A DNA stretch of 64,000 nucleotides from Candidatus Iainarchaeum sp. (lineage in GTDB: Archaea; Iainarchaeota; Iainarchaeia; Iainarchaeales; JAZDDZ01), in contig JAZDDZ010000047.1 in NCBI GenBank assembly GCA_043809245.1, forward strand, positions 32,001 through 96,000, in the 5' to 3' direction. Positions 9,068-18,310 of the stretch are shown piece after piece. Within the stretch, counting starts at the first letter, position 1. Each line of letters starts with the position of its first letter. The notes under the pieces were generated by a model that was given only the letters and a program-made list of their open reading frames with translations, did no database searches and was not told where the DNA came from. The translations under genes and the position numbers were made by a program.

Positions 9068-9910
9068 TTATTTTCTTCGTTTATTCTCCTTATACACCTT
9101 TTCAGCCTCTTCCCTCAACTTATCCGCCAGCGACGCGTTTTTCGTGATTAGCACGTTTATTTCCGTCTTTTTCGCGCATAATTCGAACAATTTTGGAAGA
9201 TCCACTTCTTTTTGTGCTTTGGTTTCTTCGCACATTTTTTCAAATTCTTGGTAGTATTTTGACTCAAAGTACACTTGGCAGATAAAATCCCCCTGTACAA
9301 ATGTGTCAATTGTGGTGGAAAAGTTAACGCCTGTTAGGTTCTTTTTGCCCATTCCCGTGAGGTATGACGCAAAATATCTGTCCAAAAAGGTATTTTCTTT
9401 TGCAAAACCGTAATGCATATGATCTGTGAAAACTTTTTTCAAATTCTCATGCTCTGTTTCGCTTATGCCTGTTATCGGATAATGGTGTTTCCAGAAACAA
9501 ATGCAATCCTTGTTTTTTTCATTCGGGAATTTTAGAAAATACTCGTTTATCAGGAATTTTCCTAGTTCAATCATGGAATTGAACGTGAGGTGAATTGATC
9601 CGCTGAAATTTTCCGGATCCATTTTGTTGTTTGCGTAAACCTCACTTAAGGTATTGCTGAACTGTCTCACTTTTGAAATCCAATCCTTGTTCAATGACAA
9701 GCCTTTGCCGTTCTTTGTTATAATGCCTTCTTCCTGAAGCAGCGTTATAATCTTATGTGCCGCCTGGTAAGACATTTCACAGCTATACTCCCTTTGCAGC
9801 GTCTTGTATATCTCGTTTGGAGTTAAAGGCCATTTTCTGGACAGAATTGAAACAATTTTGTCTTTAGTGGAAGTGGAGTTCAGTTCGGGGATAGTGATGC
9901 TTATCGTCAT
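9068..9910 (-). CDS. wHTH protein of WPL..SYQA.HK family with C-terminal domain (paralog 4)
   Basis: STKDKIVSILSRKWPLT..EI...SYQAAHK. Confidence 0.75.
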   Translation of the reverse strand: MTISITIPELNSTSTKDKIVSILSRKWPLTPNEIYKTLQREYSCEMSYQAAHKIITLLQEEGIITKNGKGLSLNKDWISKVRQFSNTLSEVYANNKMDPENFSGSIHLTFNSMIELGKFLINEYFLKFPNEKNKDCICFWKHHYPITGISETEHENLKKVFTDHMHYGFAKENTFLDRYFASYLTGMGKKNLTGVNFSTTIDTFVQGDFICQVYFESKYYQEFEKMCEETKAQKEVDLPKLFELCAKKTEINVLITKNASLADKLREEAEKVYKENKRRK

Positions 9911-10326
9911 TTTCTCTCGCCTCCGTAAGCAGCAATTAACTGGTTTCTTATGAAGTCAGCCATTTCTTTGTCTTTTTCGAAGGTAACTGTCATGTGAATT
10001 TTTCTTGATAGCGTCTTGTTTCTGGCGAAATCCATGAAAAGGCTGCCTGCAAGGTTTTTCGAGAAAACCTCCATTTTTTTAGCCCACTCGCGGTTCAAAA
10101 AAATCTTTTTGTCATCGGATTTAAGCAGAATTCCTTCGCCAAGCATTTGGTTCACGATTTTGTGAAGCGCCTGATAGGACAGCTGCCTTTCACCGTTTTC
10201 CTTCAAAAAAGAATGAATTTCGTTAACCGAAGCGCCTTTGTCAACGGAAATGCAGGACAAAATAAACGAACGAGTGGAAGAGCCAGCAATCAGATTGCCG
10301 TTGAATGAGGTATTTGGCAGATTCAT
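9907..10326 (-). CDS. wHTH protein of same family, short form (paralog 3)
   Basis: SVNEIH...LSYQALHK...EGIL...LNREW. Confidence 0.7.
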   Translation of the reverse strand: MNLPNTSFNGNLIAGSSTRSFILSCISVDKGASVNEIHSFLKENGERQLSYQALHKIVNQMLGEGILLKSDDKKIFLNREWAKKMEVFSKNLAGSLFMDFARNKTLSRKIHMTVTFEKDKEMADFIRNQLIAAYGGERK

Positions 10327-11174
10327 TTTCCCACCCCCTCAAAGTATTTTCTTGCTTGTGCGTGGATTTGTTCTGCGGCGATTGGGTTGCGGTTAATTGT
10401 TAAAATGACTTTTGTTTTAAGCGCGCAGACGCTTTTGTATAATTCAATTATGTCCATTTCTTCGATTTTTTCAATTCCGTGAAGGGAGCCATGCAATGCT
10501 TCTTTTAGGTTGTCGCCGAAATAAGCAGTAACTATGCTGTCGCCTGGAACGATTATGTCACAATGTTTTTGTACGGGAATGCCCAGTTTTGGCTTCCATC
10601 CAATTTTTTGATAATAGCCTGCAATCCATTGGTCTGCTTTTTCAGTGCTTGAGCAAATCATGTGGTGATCATATTTTTCCCCCATGCGCAAAAGCTTTTC
10701 AAGGTATTTTTTCCCTAAAATCATTGGAAACCAGTTCCAATAATGATTTAAAAAAGAGGATCCAATACGCGTCTTATTTGAATCAAAGAAATCATTATCC
10801 AATCCGTCGATGACGAATTCGTACATTGCCCAAAGCGTGCTGAATTCCACTTGGGTCGTGGTTAAATCGATTTTTTGCCCAAAGCCTGAGCCGGAATAGC
10901 TGTTTTGGAGTTTTTCCGAGTAATCCTGCATTTTGTTGATCCATTCCTTGGAGATTTTCAGCTGCGAATTGATTTCTTCTAGAATGCCCGCGTCAAGCAG
11001 TTCTTTGGCTGTTTTGTGGACCGCTTGATAGGACACGTCAAGGGAATAGTTTTTCTTTAAAGCCGAATGAATTTCTTTAACCGATAAGGGCCATTGGCTG
11101 GCAAGCACTTCAATTATAAGTTCCTTGGATGACTTTGAACGCGAATTAAGGTTGGGAAGAAAAAGGTCAGTCAT
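10323..11174 (-). CDS. wHTH protein of same family (paralog 2)
   Basis: WPLSVKEIH...SYQAVHK. Confidence 0.75.
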   Translation of the reverse strand: MTDLFLPNLNSRSKSSKELIIEVLASQWPLSVKEIHSALKKNYSLDVSYQAVHKTAKELLDAGILEEINSQLKISKEWINKMQDYSEKLQNSYSGSGFGQKIDLTTTQVEFSTLWAMYEFVIDGLDNDFFDSNKTRIGSSFLNHYWNWFPMILGKKYLEKLLRMGEKYDHHMICSSTEKADQWIAGYYQKIGWKPKLGIPVQKHCDIIVPGDSIVTAYFGDNLKEALHGSLHGIEKIEEMDIIELYKSVCALKTKVILTINRNPIAAEQIHAQARKYFEGVGK

Positions 11175-12034
11175 TGCTTTCGCCCCCCTTCAAAGTGTTT
11201 TTGGACGTTTTCTTTTATTTGTTTTGCGAGTGCGGGGTTTTTGGCTATGATTATGGGGATTTGGGTTTTTTTGAGGAAGATGTTGTCGAATAAGTGTTTG
11301 ACGTCCAGGTCTTGGATGTTTTTGGTTTTGGAGAAAAAGCCGTTGATTTCTTTCATGAGGCTTTTCGGGTAAAAGGCTTGAAGCACTAAGTCGCCCATTG
11401 CAATGATGTCGTTGTCTCCGTAGTTGACTCCGCTTTTGCTGGAAAAGCCTTGTTTGTTCCAGAATTCAGAGCACCATTTGTCAATGACATTGCTGCCCTT
11501 CACTATGCTGTAGATTTTGGCTGTTTTGGGAATAAGCTTTAATTTTTCGTATTCTTTCATTGAAAGGAAAAGCGGCAGCCAGTAGTGCTGCCACTGCCAG
11601 GCAATTGCTTCCCCGTCCCCGGGATAATTTGTGACAAAAAAATCCAAAATGAACTTGTCTGCTTCATGCATTGATTCAAAGGAAAACGAGGACTCGCTAA
11701 AAGAAGGCGAAGCCTTTTTATCAAAGTAAGCCGAGTGAATGGAGTGGCTTGCGTTTTTGAGCTCTTCAATCCACTTCCTGTTCAGCGAATAATTTTTTTC
11801 GCTTTTTTCAAGCACTCCATCCAATACAAGCTGTGAAATGATTTTATGCGTTGCCTGGTAAGAAGAAGAAAAACCATTGCCCTTTGCCAAAGCGTTATGG
11901 ATTTTGCGCGCTGAAAGAGGCCATTCATTGCTCAGCAAGGAAATAACCTTATCCCTTGTAGAGGAAGCCTTTCCATTCAGTTGTGGAACAATAAAACCCG
12001 ACGCCAAAAAAAACCACACCTGAAATATATACAT
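11171..12034 (-). CDS. wHTH protein of same family (paralog 1); true start may be TTG near 12007
   Basis: STRDKVISLLSNEWPLS..KIH...SYQATHK. Confidence 0.75.
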   Translation of the reverse strand: MYIFQVWFFLASGFIVPQLNGKASSTRDKVISLLSNEWPLSARKIHNALAKGNGFSSSYQATHKIISQLVLDGVLEKSEKNYSLNRKWIEELKNASHSIHSAYFDKKASPSFSESSFSFESMHEADKFILDFFVTNYPGDGEAIAWQWQHYWLPLFLSMKEYEKLKLIPKTAKIYSIVKGSNVIDKWCSEFWNKQGFSSKSGVNYGDNDIIAMGDLVLQAFYPKSLMKEINGFFSKTKNIQDLDVKHLFDNIFLKKTQIPIIIAKNPALAKQIKENVQKHFEGGRKQ

Positions 12035-12138
12035 AAACGGAAAAGAATAAAAGCAGCTTTCCGCGAAAAAAACAATGAAAAAACGGCTTTAAATGGGTTT
12101 AATTGGCTAATAAAGCGCTTTTAGGGCTTTTTCGGAAA

Positions 12139-12154
12139 TCAACTTTTTGGTTGA
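12139..12154. promoter_or_regulatory. Candidate operator TCAAC-N6-GTTGA upstream of wHTH array
   Basis: Same spaced palindrome at 15537-15552 upstream of the fifth paralog. Confidence 0.45.
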
Positions 12155-12178
12155 TTTTTTCCTGGGCGAAGCGTTGAT

Positions 12179-12487
12179 TTATTTTGCCAGGTTTTTCAGC
12201 TCTTCGTTTAGGTCTTCAATTGAATACTGTGATTTGAAGCCTTTTTTAACCAGGTATTGCTCTAGTTCCCAGACCGTTGAATTTGACAGCTCCGCTGCCA
12301 TGCTTATTGTTATTTTTCCCGCCATATAGTTTTCTGCTGCCTTTTTTTTGACATAATCGCCGTAACCTTCCTCTAACAGCAGGCGGATTATCGTTGACCT
12401 GTCAAAGTGCTCTGCTTTGCTTAGCCGGTCTATTTTTTCCAAAAGCCCTTTGTCAAGCCTTATCCCTATTGCCTTTGCTTTCTCCAT
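12179..12487 (-). CDS. RHH + UPF0175 antitoxin
   Basis: IGIRLD...DRSTIIR and Y..GKITI..AAEL motifs. Confidence 0.8.
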   Translation of the reverse strand: MEKAKAIGIRLDKGLLEKIDRLSKAEHFDRSTIIRLLLEEGYGDYVKKKAAENYMAGKITISMAAELSNSTVWELEQYLVKKGFKSQYSIEDLNEELKNLAK

Positions 12488-12989
12488 TTTTTTCCACCTC
12501 CAGCAGTATTTTGTCAAGCACTTGGCTGCCGAACCAGCCAATCTTCCTCAGCTTGTTCAGCGCCTCAGCGGTTTTGCCCGAATCAATTGCCTTGACCTTG
12601 AAAAGCGCCAGGATAATTGAAGGGGTTCCAATCAAGTTAAGCCCCAAAACCGCCTTTTTGCTTCTTACATTGTCGTCATCCGAAACCAATAAGCCGGCAT
12701 TCTCCTGCCAGTAAAGCGCAACTGCCTCCGCCTCGCCCCCGAAAATGTTGAAGTTATTCGCATTTTTAACTAGCTGTTTTTTTGACACCCCTTTAACCTT
12801 AATCCATTTCTCTTTAACCAGGCGCTCAATCAGAAAAGAGTCGGCATAGCCCTTTTCTTTTCCCGTACTCACTGCTTCGGCAAAAACAAGTTCAGGGATA
12901 AGTACCTCCTTGAAATGGCGGCAGCTCTTCTCAAGCAGGGAAATCTTCGCCAAATGAATCAAAACCATTGCGTCATTTACAACAAGCAC
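12453..12989 (-). CDS. PIN-domain toxin (DUF3368-like)
   Basis: VVNDA..LI.L, GEAEAVAL, LVSDD, GT..I; GTG start at 12989 inferred. Confidence 0.8.
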   Translation of the reverse strand: MLVVNDAMVLIHLAKISLLEKSCRHFKEVLIPELVFAEAVSTGKEKGYADSFLIERLVKEKWIKVKGVSKKQLVKNANNFNIFGGEAEAVALYWQENAGLLVSDDDNVRSKKAVLGLNLIGTPSIILALFKVKAIDSGKTAEALNKLRKIGWFGSQVLDKILLEVEKNGESKGNRDKA

Positions 12990-13319
12990 AGTCTCTGTAA
13001 TACAATGTGCACAATGTATATATATTCTTTTCGTTTGGTGTTTAAAGGATAGGCGCCAACCTTTGCCTATAGCTTTTGGGAACCGCATGCGCGATTCTTT
13101 CTTTTTGAAGAACAATTTTGGTTTAAATCTTTCTTTTAAAAGAAAGATATGCTTGCAAGGCATAATGCCTGCCGTGTATTCAAATTCAATGCTGCTTTTG
13201 GGCTTTTTTATCTGTGACTCTAAAAGCTCTTTTTCTTTCAATGACTGCAATAAATTATTTATAAAGGTTTCAATAAACGTTGAAACCTATAAAAACAGGC
13301 GCAAATCCCTCCAGCTAAA

Positions 13320-13357
13320 GTATCACTTTTTAGTGATACTATCACTATTTAGTGATA
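13320..13357. promoter_or_regulatory. Tandem palindromic operators GTATCACT-N4-AGTGATAC / TATCACT-N4-AGTGATA
   Basis: Two adjacent inverted repeats directly before a TTTAAA box upstream of wHTH gene 13390; a further palindrome lies at 13265-13288. Confidence 0.6.
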
Positions 13358-13389
13358 CCTTTAAAAGCTTGTTTGCGCATGGTTTTTGT

Positions 13390-13992
13390 ATGAAGCTGAC
13401 TTCAAAGAAGACGTATAAGGTCATTTATTTTTTGCTTGGGAACAGGGGTTTTACGCAGCTGCAGGCTTCAAGGGAGTTGGGCGTTTCTTTCGGGCTCGTT
13501 AACCGTGTCGTTCAGTGGCTTGTAAGCAAAAGGTTCGTTGAGAAACAGAAAAACGGCTATTATTTGACTGACCCTTCGGGTTTGGCTGCATTGTTCGCGT
13601 TTAACCGTGACATGAATTCTTTGCTGGCGGAAAAAATTCTTTTGGCTCTGCCTAAAGCAGGTGCTTTGGAAAGGATTCCGAAAAACTGCGTTTTGTGCCT
13701 TGACTCTGCTTTGGAGAATTATTCCGGCTATTATCGCTCTAACCGCGTGTGCGTTTACGCTGAAGGCAATAAAGAGTTGAAGGAAATCGGAAAGGCGTTT
13801 CAGGGGGAGCCGAAGGGAAACACCGAGTTATGGGTTTTCAAGCCAGACCTTGAACCTGAAACCGTTAAATTAAAGGGAAGGCTGGTGGTCTCCAAGCTTA
13901 GGACTTTGATTGACTTGGTTTGCGACAATAAAACATTTTATGCAAAAGACCTTTTCAAAGAACTGTGGGGGGTTGAATTGCTTGAATCATGA
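13390..13992 (+). CDS. wHTH protein, paralog of 2169-2774
   Basis: FTQLQASRELGVSFGLVNRVV; CLDSAL..YS.YYRSN; RTLIDLVCDN. Confidence 0.7.
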   Translation: MKLTSKKTYKVIYFLLGNRGFTQLQASRELGVSFGLVNRVVQWLVSKRFVEKQKNGYYLTDPSGLAALFAFNRDMNSLLAEKILLALPKAGALERIPKNCVLCLDSALENYSGYYRSNRVCVYAEGNKELKEIGKAFQGEPKGNTELWVFKPDLEPETVKLKGRLVVSKLRTLIDLVCDNKTFYAKDLFKELWGVELLES

Positions 13993-14329
13993 AACTTTTG
14001 GCTATGGCTTAGAGGCAACGCAGAAATCATTCAAGGAACTGGAGGGCTTAGCCGCATGGCTGAACATCCACGGCCATTCGCCTATAGTCATAGGCGGCTG
14101 GGCAACTTTTTTTTATGTGAAGGGAATGGGAAGCAGGGACATTGACTTGATTCTTCCGAAAACCGCTCTGCCTGCAATTCAAAAACAGCAATTGAACGCA
14201 AAGATTTGGAAAGACGAGCAGGACATCAAGGCGCTTCTTGCATTGCCGTTGGATCAGGAAAAGCTTGAAGAATTGCTTAAAAAAACAGGGTTCAAGGAAG
14301 AATATGAAAACGCGGCAAGCCAACTCTAA
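13973..14329 (+). pseudogene. Nucleotidyltransferase paralog of 2752-3447 with large in-frame internal deletion
   Basis: IGGWA...SRDIDL is joined almost directly to KI.KD..DIK.L...LE.LL.KTGFK; roughly 110 central residues missing. Confidence 0.65.
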
Positions 14330-14384
14330 TGCTGCCCAGTAAGCCCGCTATAGGCTTTCCTTGTCTCCCCGCTGAATTTGTTCA
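14326..14384 (-). repeat. Diverged duplicate of the 3' part of wHTH gene 15120-15488
   Basis: 14345-14384 matches 15163-15202 at 36/40 nt; encodes LNKFSGETRKAYSG vs LDKFSGETRKAYGG. Confidence 0.85.
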
Positions 14385-14405
14385 GCCCATCCCATTGCCT
14401 GCAAT

Positions 14406-15095
14406 TCACTTAAACCCTATTATTATTGAAGAGTTGAGGTTTCTGTACGCCACTTCGGTTTTAAAGCCCGCGGCGTTCAGGAATTTGAGGTTATTGTTGA
14501 GTGAGGCGTATTGGTGGTGCTTGCCGTCAATTGAGAGTATTTTGTCCCTGAATTCTTTTCCGTTTTCTTTTTCCATGTGGCCAGCCCATTTTGAATGGAG
14601 GTACTCATTCAATTCTTTTGAATCGCTTGCCATTACATCCGCTAAAATGAATGCCCCGCCCTGTTTTAATGAATCGTAAACTTTTTTGTAAGCCTTTTGC
14701 TTGTCTGCATCGGAGAGGTGATGGTAAACAATGGAGCTTACCGCCAAATCAAACTCGTTTTTCCTGTCAAGGTTAATCACGTCATCGCAGACAGCCTTGA
14801 AGTCAAATCCCTTGAATCTTTTGTTTGCGCATTCCGCCATTTTATCCGAAACATCAAATGCCAATACGCTTGCCTTTGGCTTGGCTTCCAGGGCTGCCTT
14901 GCTGGTGTTCCCTGTTCCAGCCCCCAAATCCAATATTCTCGGCGACTCTGAATGCCCGCAGAACAGGTTAACCATTTCCCTGATTGTTGAAACCATTTCA
15001 GCATAGGATATAACGGTTCCATGCACGAATGACTCGTATTCTTCCACTCTTTTGTTGAAAAGTTCCTTTGTTTTTTCCTTGTTCTCATTAGCCAT
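14406..15095 (-). CDS. Class I SAM-dependent methyltransferase
   Basis: ILDLGAGTG, FDLAVSS..YHH, L..GG.FILAD. Confidence 0.9.
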   Translation of the reverse strand: MANENKEKTKELFNKRVEEYESFVHGTVISYAEMVSTIREMVNLFCGHSESPRILDLGAGTGNTSKAALEAKPKASVLAFDVSDKMAECANKRFKGFDFKAVCDDVINLDRKNEFDLAVSSIVYHHLSDADKQKAYKKVYDSLKQGGAFILADVMASDSKELNEYLHSKWAGHMEKENGKEFRDKILSIDGKHHQYASLNNNLKFLNAAGFKTEVAYRNLNSSIIIGFK

Positions 15096-15119
15096 GTCAT
15101 TCCCCCCAAAAACTTTTTT

Positions 15120-15488
15120 TTAAAATTTTTTAGAACGTTCAAGCAATTGGTTTGCCGGTTCACCGCCATAGGCTTTTCTTGTTTCCCCGCTGAATTTGTC
15201 CAATCTTTCCAGCCACTCCGCGTCAAGCAGATAAAGCGACTGCTCTTTGCAAAGGATTCCCTCGCGCAAAAGTTTTCGCGCGGCCTTGTGGATGCCTTGA
15301 AAGCTCACGTTCACAGCATGCCTGCGGTTGATGCGGTAATGCATGTCCCTCAAAGACAAAGGCCATTCGCGCGCAAGAATCAACACAATCAAATCCGCAA
15401 CTGTTTTCTTTCCCGCGCTGACCTGCGGCAGTTTCAGCGTTGAATCAGCTGTTGCTCCGTTTAATAGTTCGCCGGAAAAACTCGCCAT
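15120..15488 (-). CDS. wHTH protein of WPL..S(F/Y)Q..HK family (paralog 5)
   Basis: LAREWPLSLRDMH...VSFQGIHK...EGIL...EW. Confidence 0.75.
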   Translation of the reverse strand: MASFSGELLNGATADSTLKLPQVSAGKKTVADLIVLILAREWPLSLRDMHYRINRRHAVNVSFQGIHKAARKLLREGILCKEQSLYLLDAEWLERLDKFSGETRKAYGGEPANQLLERSKKF

Positions 15489-15565
15489 ACAATAAATTCG
15501 GTTTAGCGAATTAATATGGGTTTGGTTGAAAAAAGTTCAACTAAAAGGTTGAGGTTTTTCTGCCT

Positions 15566-16189
15566 TTAAAGCACAACCCTCGCGTCAACCGCTATCGCTT
15601 TTTTCTCGTTCACGAATAAGGGGTTGATGTCCAATTCTTTGATTTTTTCTTCCATCATTAAATCGCTGACCCTTAACAGCACGTCTTCAAGTGCTTTGCG
15701 GTTCACGGGCTTCTGTCCCCTAAATTCGCCTAAAACCTTTGCGCCCTTGATTTCGGAAATCATTTTCCGCGCTTCCTTGCGGTCAATTGGGCAAACGCGC
15801 AAAGAAAAGTCCTTGAAAACCTCAGTGAAAATTCCCCCCAATCCAAACAAGATTGTGGGCCCGAACTGTTCGTCCAGTTTTCCCCCGACAATGAGCTCGC
15901 GGCCTTGCTCCATGTGCTGGACTTGCGCTGCCTCAAAGCCTTGAATGCGTTTTAATGACTTGAAGGCATGAATTGCTTCGCCAAGCGAGTGAATGTGCAG
16001 TTTTACTCCCCCTACATCTGATTTATGCGATACCTTGGAGCTAACCAGTTTCAATGCAAGCGGATAGGATGCAAGCTTTTTAACGGCTTTCTGGAGCTCT
16101 AACTCGTCTTTCACGCGAATGAATTCAACGCACGGAATATAGTGTTTTTTCAAGAGCTTCATTGAGGCATTCAGGTCAAGTGTCGGCAT
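15566..16189 (-). CDS. ADP-forming acetyl-CoA synthetase beta (ATP-grasp) subunit
   Basis: YPLALK.VS....HKSDVGGV, FGP..LFGLGGIF.E, ELDINPL, AVDAR. Confidence 0.9.
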   Translation of the reverse strand: MPTLDLNASMKLLKKHYIPCVEFIRVKDELELQKAVKKLASYPLALKLVSSKVSHKSDVGGVKLHIHSLGEAIHAFKSLKRIQGFEAAQVQHMEQGRELIVGGKLDEQFGPTILFGLGGIFTEVFKDFSLRVCPIDRKEARKMISEIKGAKVLGEFRGQKPVNRKALEDVLLRVSDLMMEEKIKELDINPLFVNEKKAIAVDARVVL

Positions 16190-16372
16190 AAGTGATTCCT
16201 TAAGAGATAAAAGCGCTGGAATATTTAAAGCTATTCGCGGACCACAATGCACCCAAAGCCCAAAGGCAGGATGCAGGGGCAAAGGTTTAAAAAGATAATG
16301 TTATCTATTTCTAACATAGTGTTAGAATAAAATAACTTTTAGTTGTTTGCTTCTAACATTGGAGGTGTTTGG

Positions 16373-16795
16373 ATGAAGCATGATTTGAGGGTTCTGATCG
16401 GGCTTGCAGTGGTTGTCCTGGTTGTTGCCTCGCTTGCGGTTTATTTGGCGAGTGTAGGGTCTGCCAATTCATCGGAATTGGTGCTTGTGATAGTTGCTTT
16501 GGTTATTGTTTTCGGCGCAGTGGTTTTTTTGCGCGACAGGATAAAGAGCTCGCGTGAAGGCCTTCCGGCTGAGGATGAGCTTTCCAGAAGAGCCGTGCAT
16601 AAGGCAGGCTATTATGCGTATTTTGCCTCAATCTATACTGCGTTGGGGGCAATGTTCATCAATGATTTTCTGGTTGGCGAATCCGGTTTCCAGGGAATTG
16701 ATGCAGGCCAGCTTTCGGGAATAGTCATTCTTGTTCCCGCGATTGTGTTCATGGCCTTTGCCTTGTATTTCAGGCATAAGGGCGCGGTTGAGTAG
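16373..16795 (+). CDS. DUF2178-like membrane protein
   Basis: Four hydrophobic segments, EDELS....KAGY.AY; paired with an XRE HTH gene. Confidence 0.7.
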   Translation: MKHDLRVLIGLAVVVLVVASLAVYLASVGSANSSELVLVIVALVIVFGAVVFLRDRIKSSREGLPAEDELSRRAVHKAGYYAYFASIYTALGAMFINDFLVGESGFQGIDAGQLSGIVILVPAIVFMAFALYFRHKGAVE

Positions 16796-16802
16796 TGGTG
16801 CA

Positions 16803-16994
16803 ATGAAAACTCGGATTAAGGAGTTCAGGGCGCGGCATAACTTAACACAGGAAGAGCTTGCGAAAAAGGTTGGCGTGAGAAGGGAGACGATTGTTTTCAT
16901 TGAGAGCGGGAAATACAATCCCTCTCTCAGGCTTGCGCATGATGTTGCAAAGGCTTTGAAGGCATCAATTGACGAGCTTTTCATTTTTGATTAG
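16803..16994 (+). CDS. XRE-family HTH regulator
   Basis: [28 protein letters not shown]. Confidence 0.9.
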   Translation: MKTRIKEFRARHNLTQEELAKKVGVRRETIVFIESGKYNPSLRLAHDVAKALKASIDELFIFD

Positions 16995-17044
16995 CCGGAA
17001 AACTAAATATTTAAACTTACTGCAATTGAATATTTGCTGATATA

Positions 17045-18310
17045 ATGCATAAAATCAAGTTTTTGGGAGCTGCAAGAGAGGTCGGCAGGAGCTGTTTTTT
17101 GGTTGATGTGGGGGAAAAAATCCTGTTGGATGACGGGGTGAAGCTTTCCTCTGAGGAAACCCAGTACCCTTTGCCTGTGAAAGTTAATTTGGACGCGGCA
17201 ATCATTTCACACGCGCACCTGGACCATTCAGGCAACTTGCCATACTTATTCAACGGCCCCCCATGCCTAACCTATATGACTGCTCCAACGCTTGACTTGG
17301 CGAAAATGCTTTGGTTTGACTCGTTAAAAATAGCGGGCCTCGAGGGAATGGATGCGGGTTTTTCAAAGGAAGAAATACGGCGCACGGAAAAATACACTTT
17401 TGCATTGAATTACAACAAGCACATGGACATCAAGGGAAAGGTTTCAATGGAGTTCTTTGACGCAGGCCACATTTTAGGCAGCGCCATAACAAAGCTGCAC
17501 ATTGGAAAAAAATCCTTGGTTTACACCGGAGACTTCAAGCCAGAGGAAACAAGGCTTCACAATGGCGCGGACTTAAACCGCGTGGGTTCCTGCGATTACT
17601 TGATTACTGAAAGCACTTACGGCAACCGCGAACACGGAGAAAGAAAGCAAACGGAGAAAGAATTTGTTGAGGATGTGCAGGACACGATTGACCGCGGAGG
17701 CCATGCCCTGGTTGCGGCTTTTGCGGTTGGAAGAAGCCAGGAAATAGTTGACATTTTAAACGAATACCACATTAACGCGCCGATTTATTATGACGGAATG
17801 TGCCAAAAAGCCGCGAACATTTATATGAATTTCCCCAAATGGGTGAAAAACCCTTCCTTTCTCAAAAAAGCGTTAAAGAGAGTGACTTGGGTTAGGCGTG
17901 AAAAAGACAGAAAGGAAGCGTTAAAGCAGCCCTCAGTTGTTGTAACAACTAGCGGAATGCTGCAGGGAGGCCCGATTTACGCCTATCTTCCCTCGGTTTA
18001 CAGGGATCACAATTCCAAGTTAATGCTTACAGGCTACCAAGTGAAAGGCACGCCCGGCAGCATACTGCTTGACACTGGCAGAATTCAATTGAACGGAATT
18101 GACGCGGAAGTGAAAATGCGCGTTGAAAAGTTTGATTTTTCGGCCCACGCCGGAAAAGCCGAGTTAATGCGTGCAACGAAAAAGTTTTCCCCTGAAAAGA
18201 TTTTCTGCGTGCACGGAGACGAAGAGGTCTCGGAGTTTTTTGTGAGGGAATTGCGCGCGGAAGGCTTTAACGCAATAGCGCCAAAACAGGGAGAGGAACT
18301 TCCACTATGA
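17045..18310 (+). CDS. beta-CASP metallo-beta-lactamase ribonuclease (aCPSF-type)
   Basis: EVGRSC, SHAHLDH, AGHILGS, ESTYG, AVGRSQE, FSAHA, VHGD. Confidence 0.9.
   Translation: MHKIKFLGAAREVGRSCFLVDVGEKILLDDGVKLSSEETQYPLPVKVNLDAAIISHAHLDHSGNLPYLFNGPPCLTYMTAPTLDLAKMLWFDSLKIAGLEGMDAGFSKEEIRRTEKYTFALNYNKHMDIKGKVSMEFFDAGHILGSAITKLHIGKKSLVYTGDFKPEETRLHNGADLNRVGSCDYLITESTYGNREHGERKQTEKEFVEDVQDTIDRGGHALVAAFAVGRSQEIVDILNEYHINAPIYYDGMCQKAANIYMNFPKWVKNPSFLKKALKRVTWVRREKDRKEALKQPSVVVTTSGMLQGGPIYAYLPSVYRDHNSKLMLTGYQVKGTPGSILLDTGRIQLNGIDAEVKMRVEKFDFSAHAGKAELMRATKKFSPEKIFCVHGDEEVSEFFVRELRAEGFNAIAPKQGEELPL

Noticed and set aside
12990-13250. N-terminal extension of PIN ORF 12453..13250, and likewise of 13063..13992
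   Set aside because: The extensions cross TATA-like and operator sequences and lack domain features; true starts are probably 12989 and 13390
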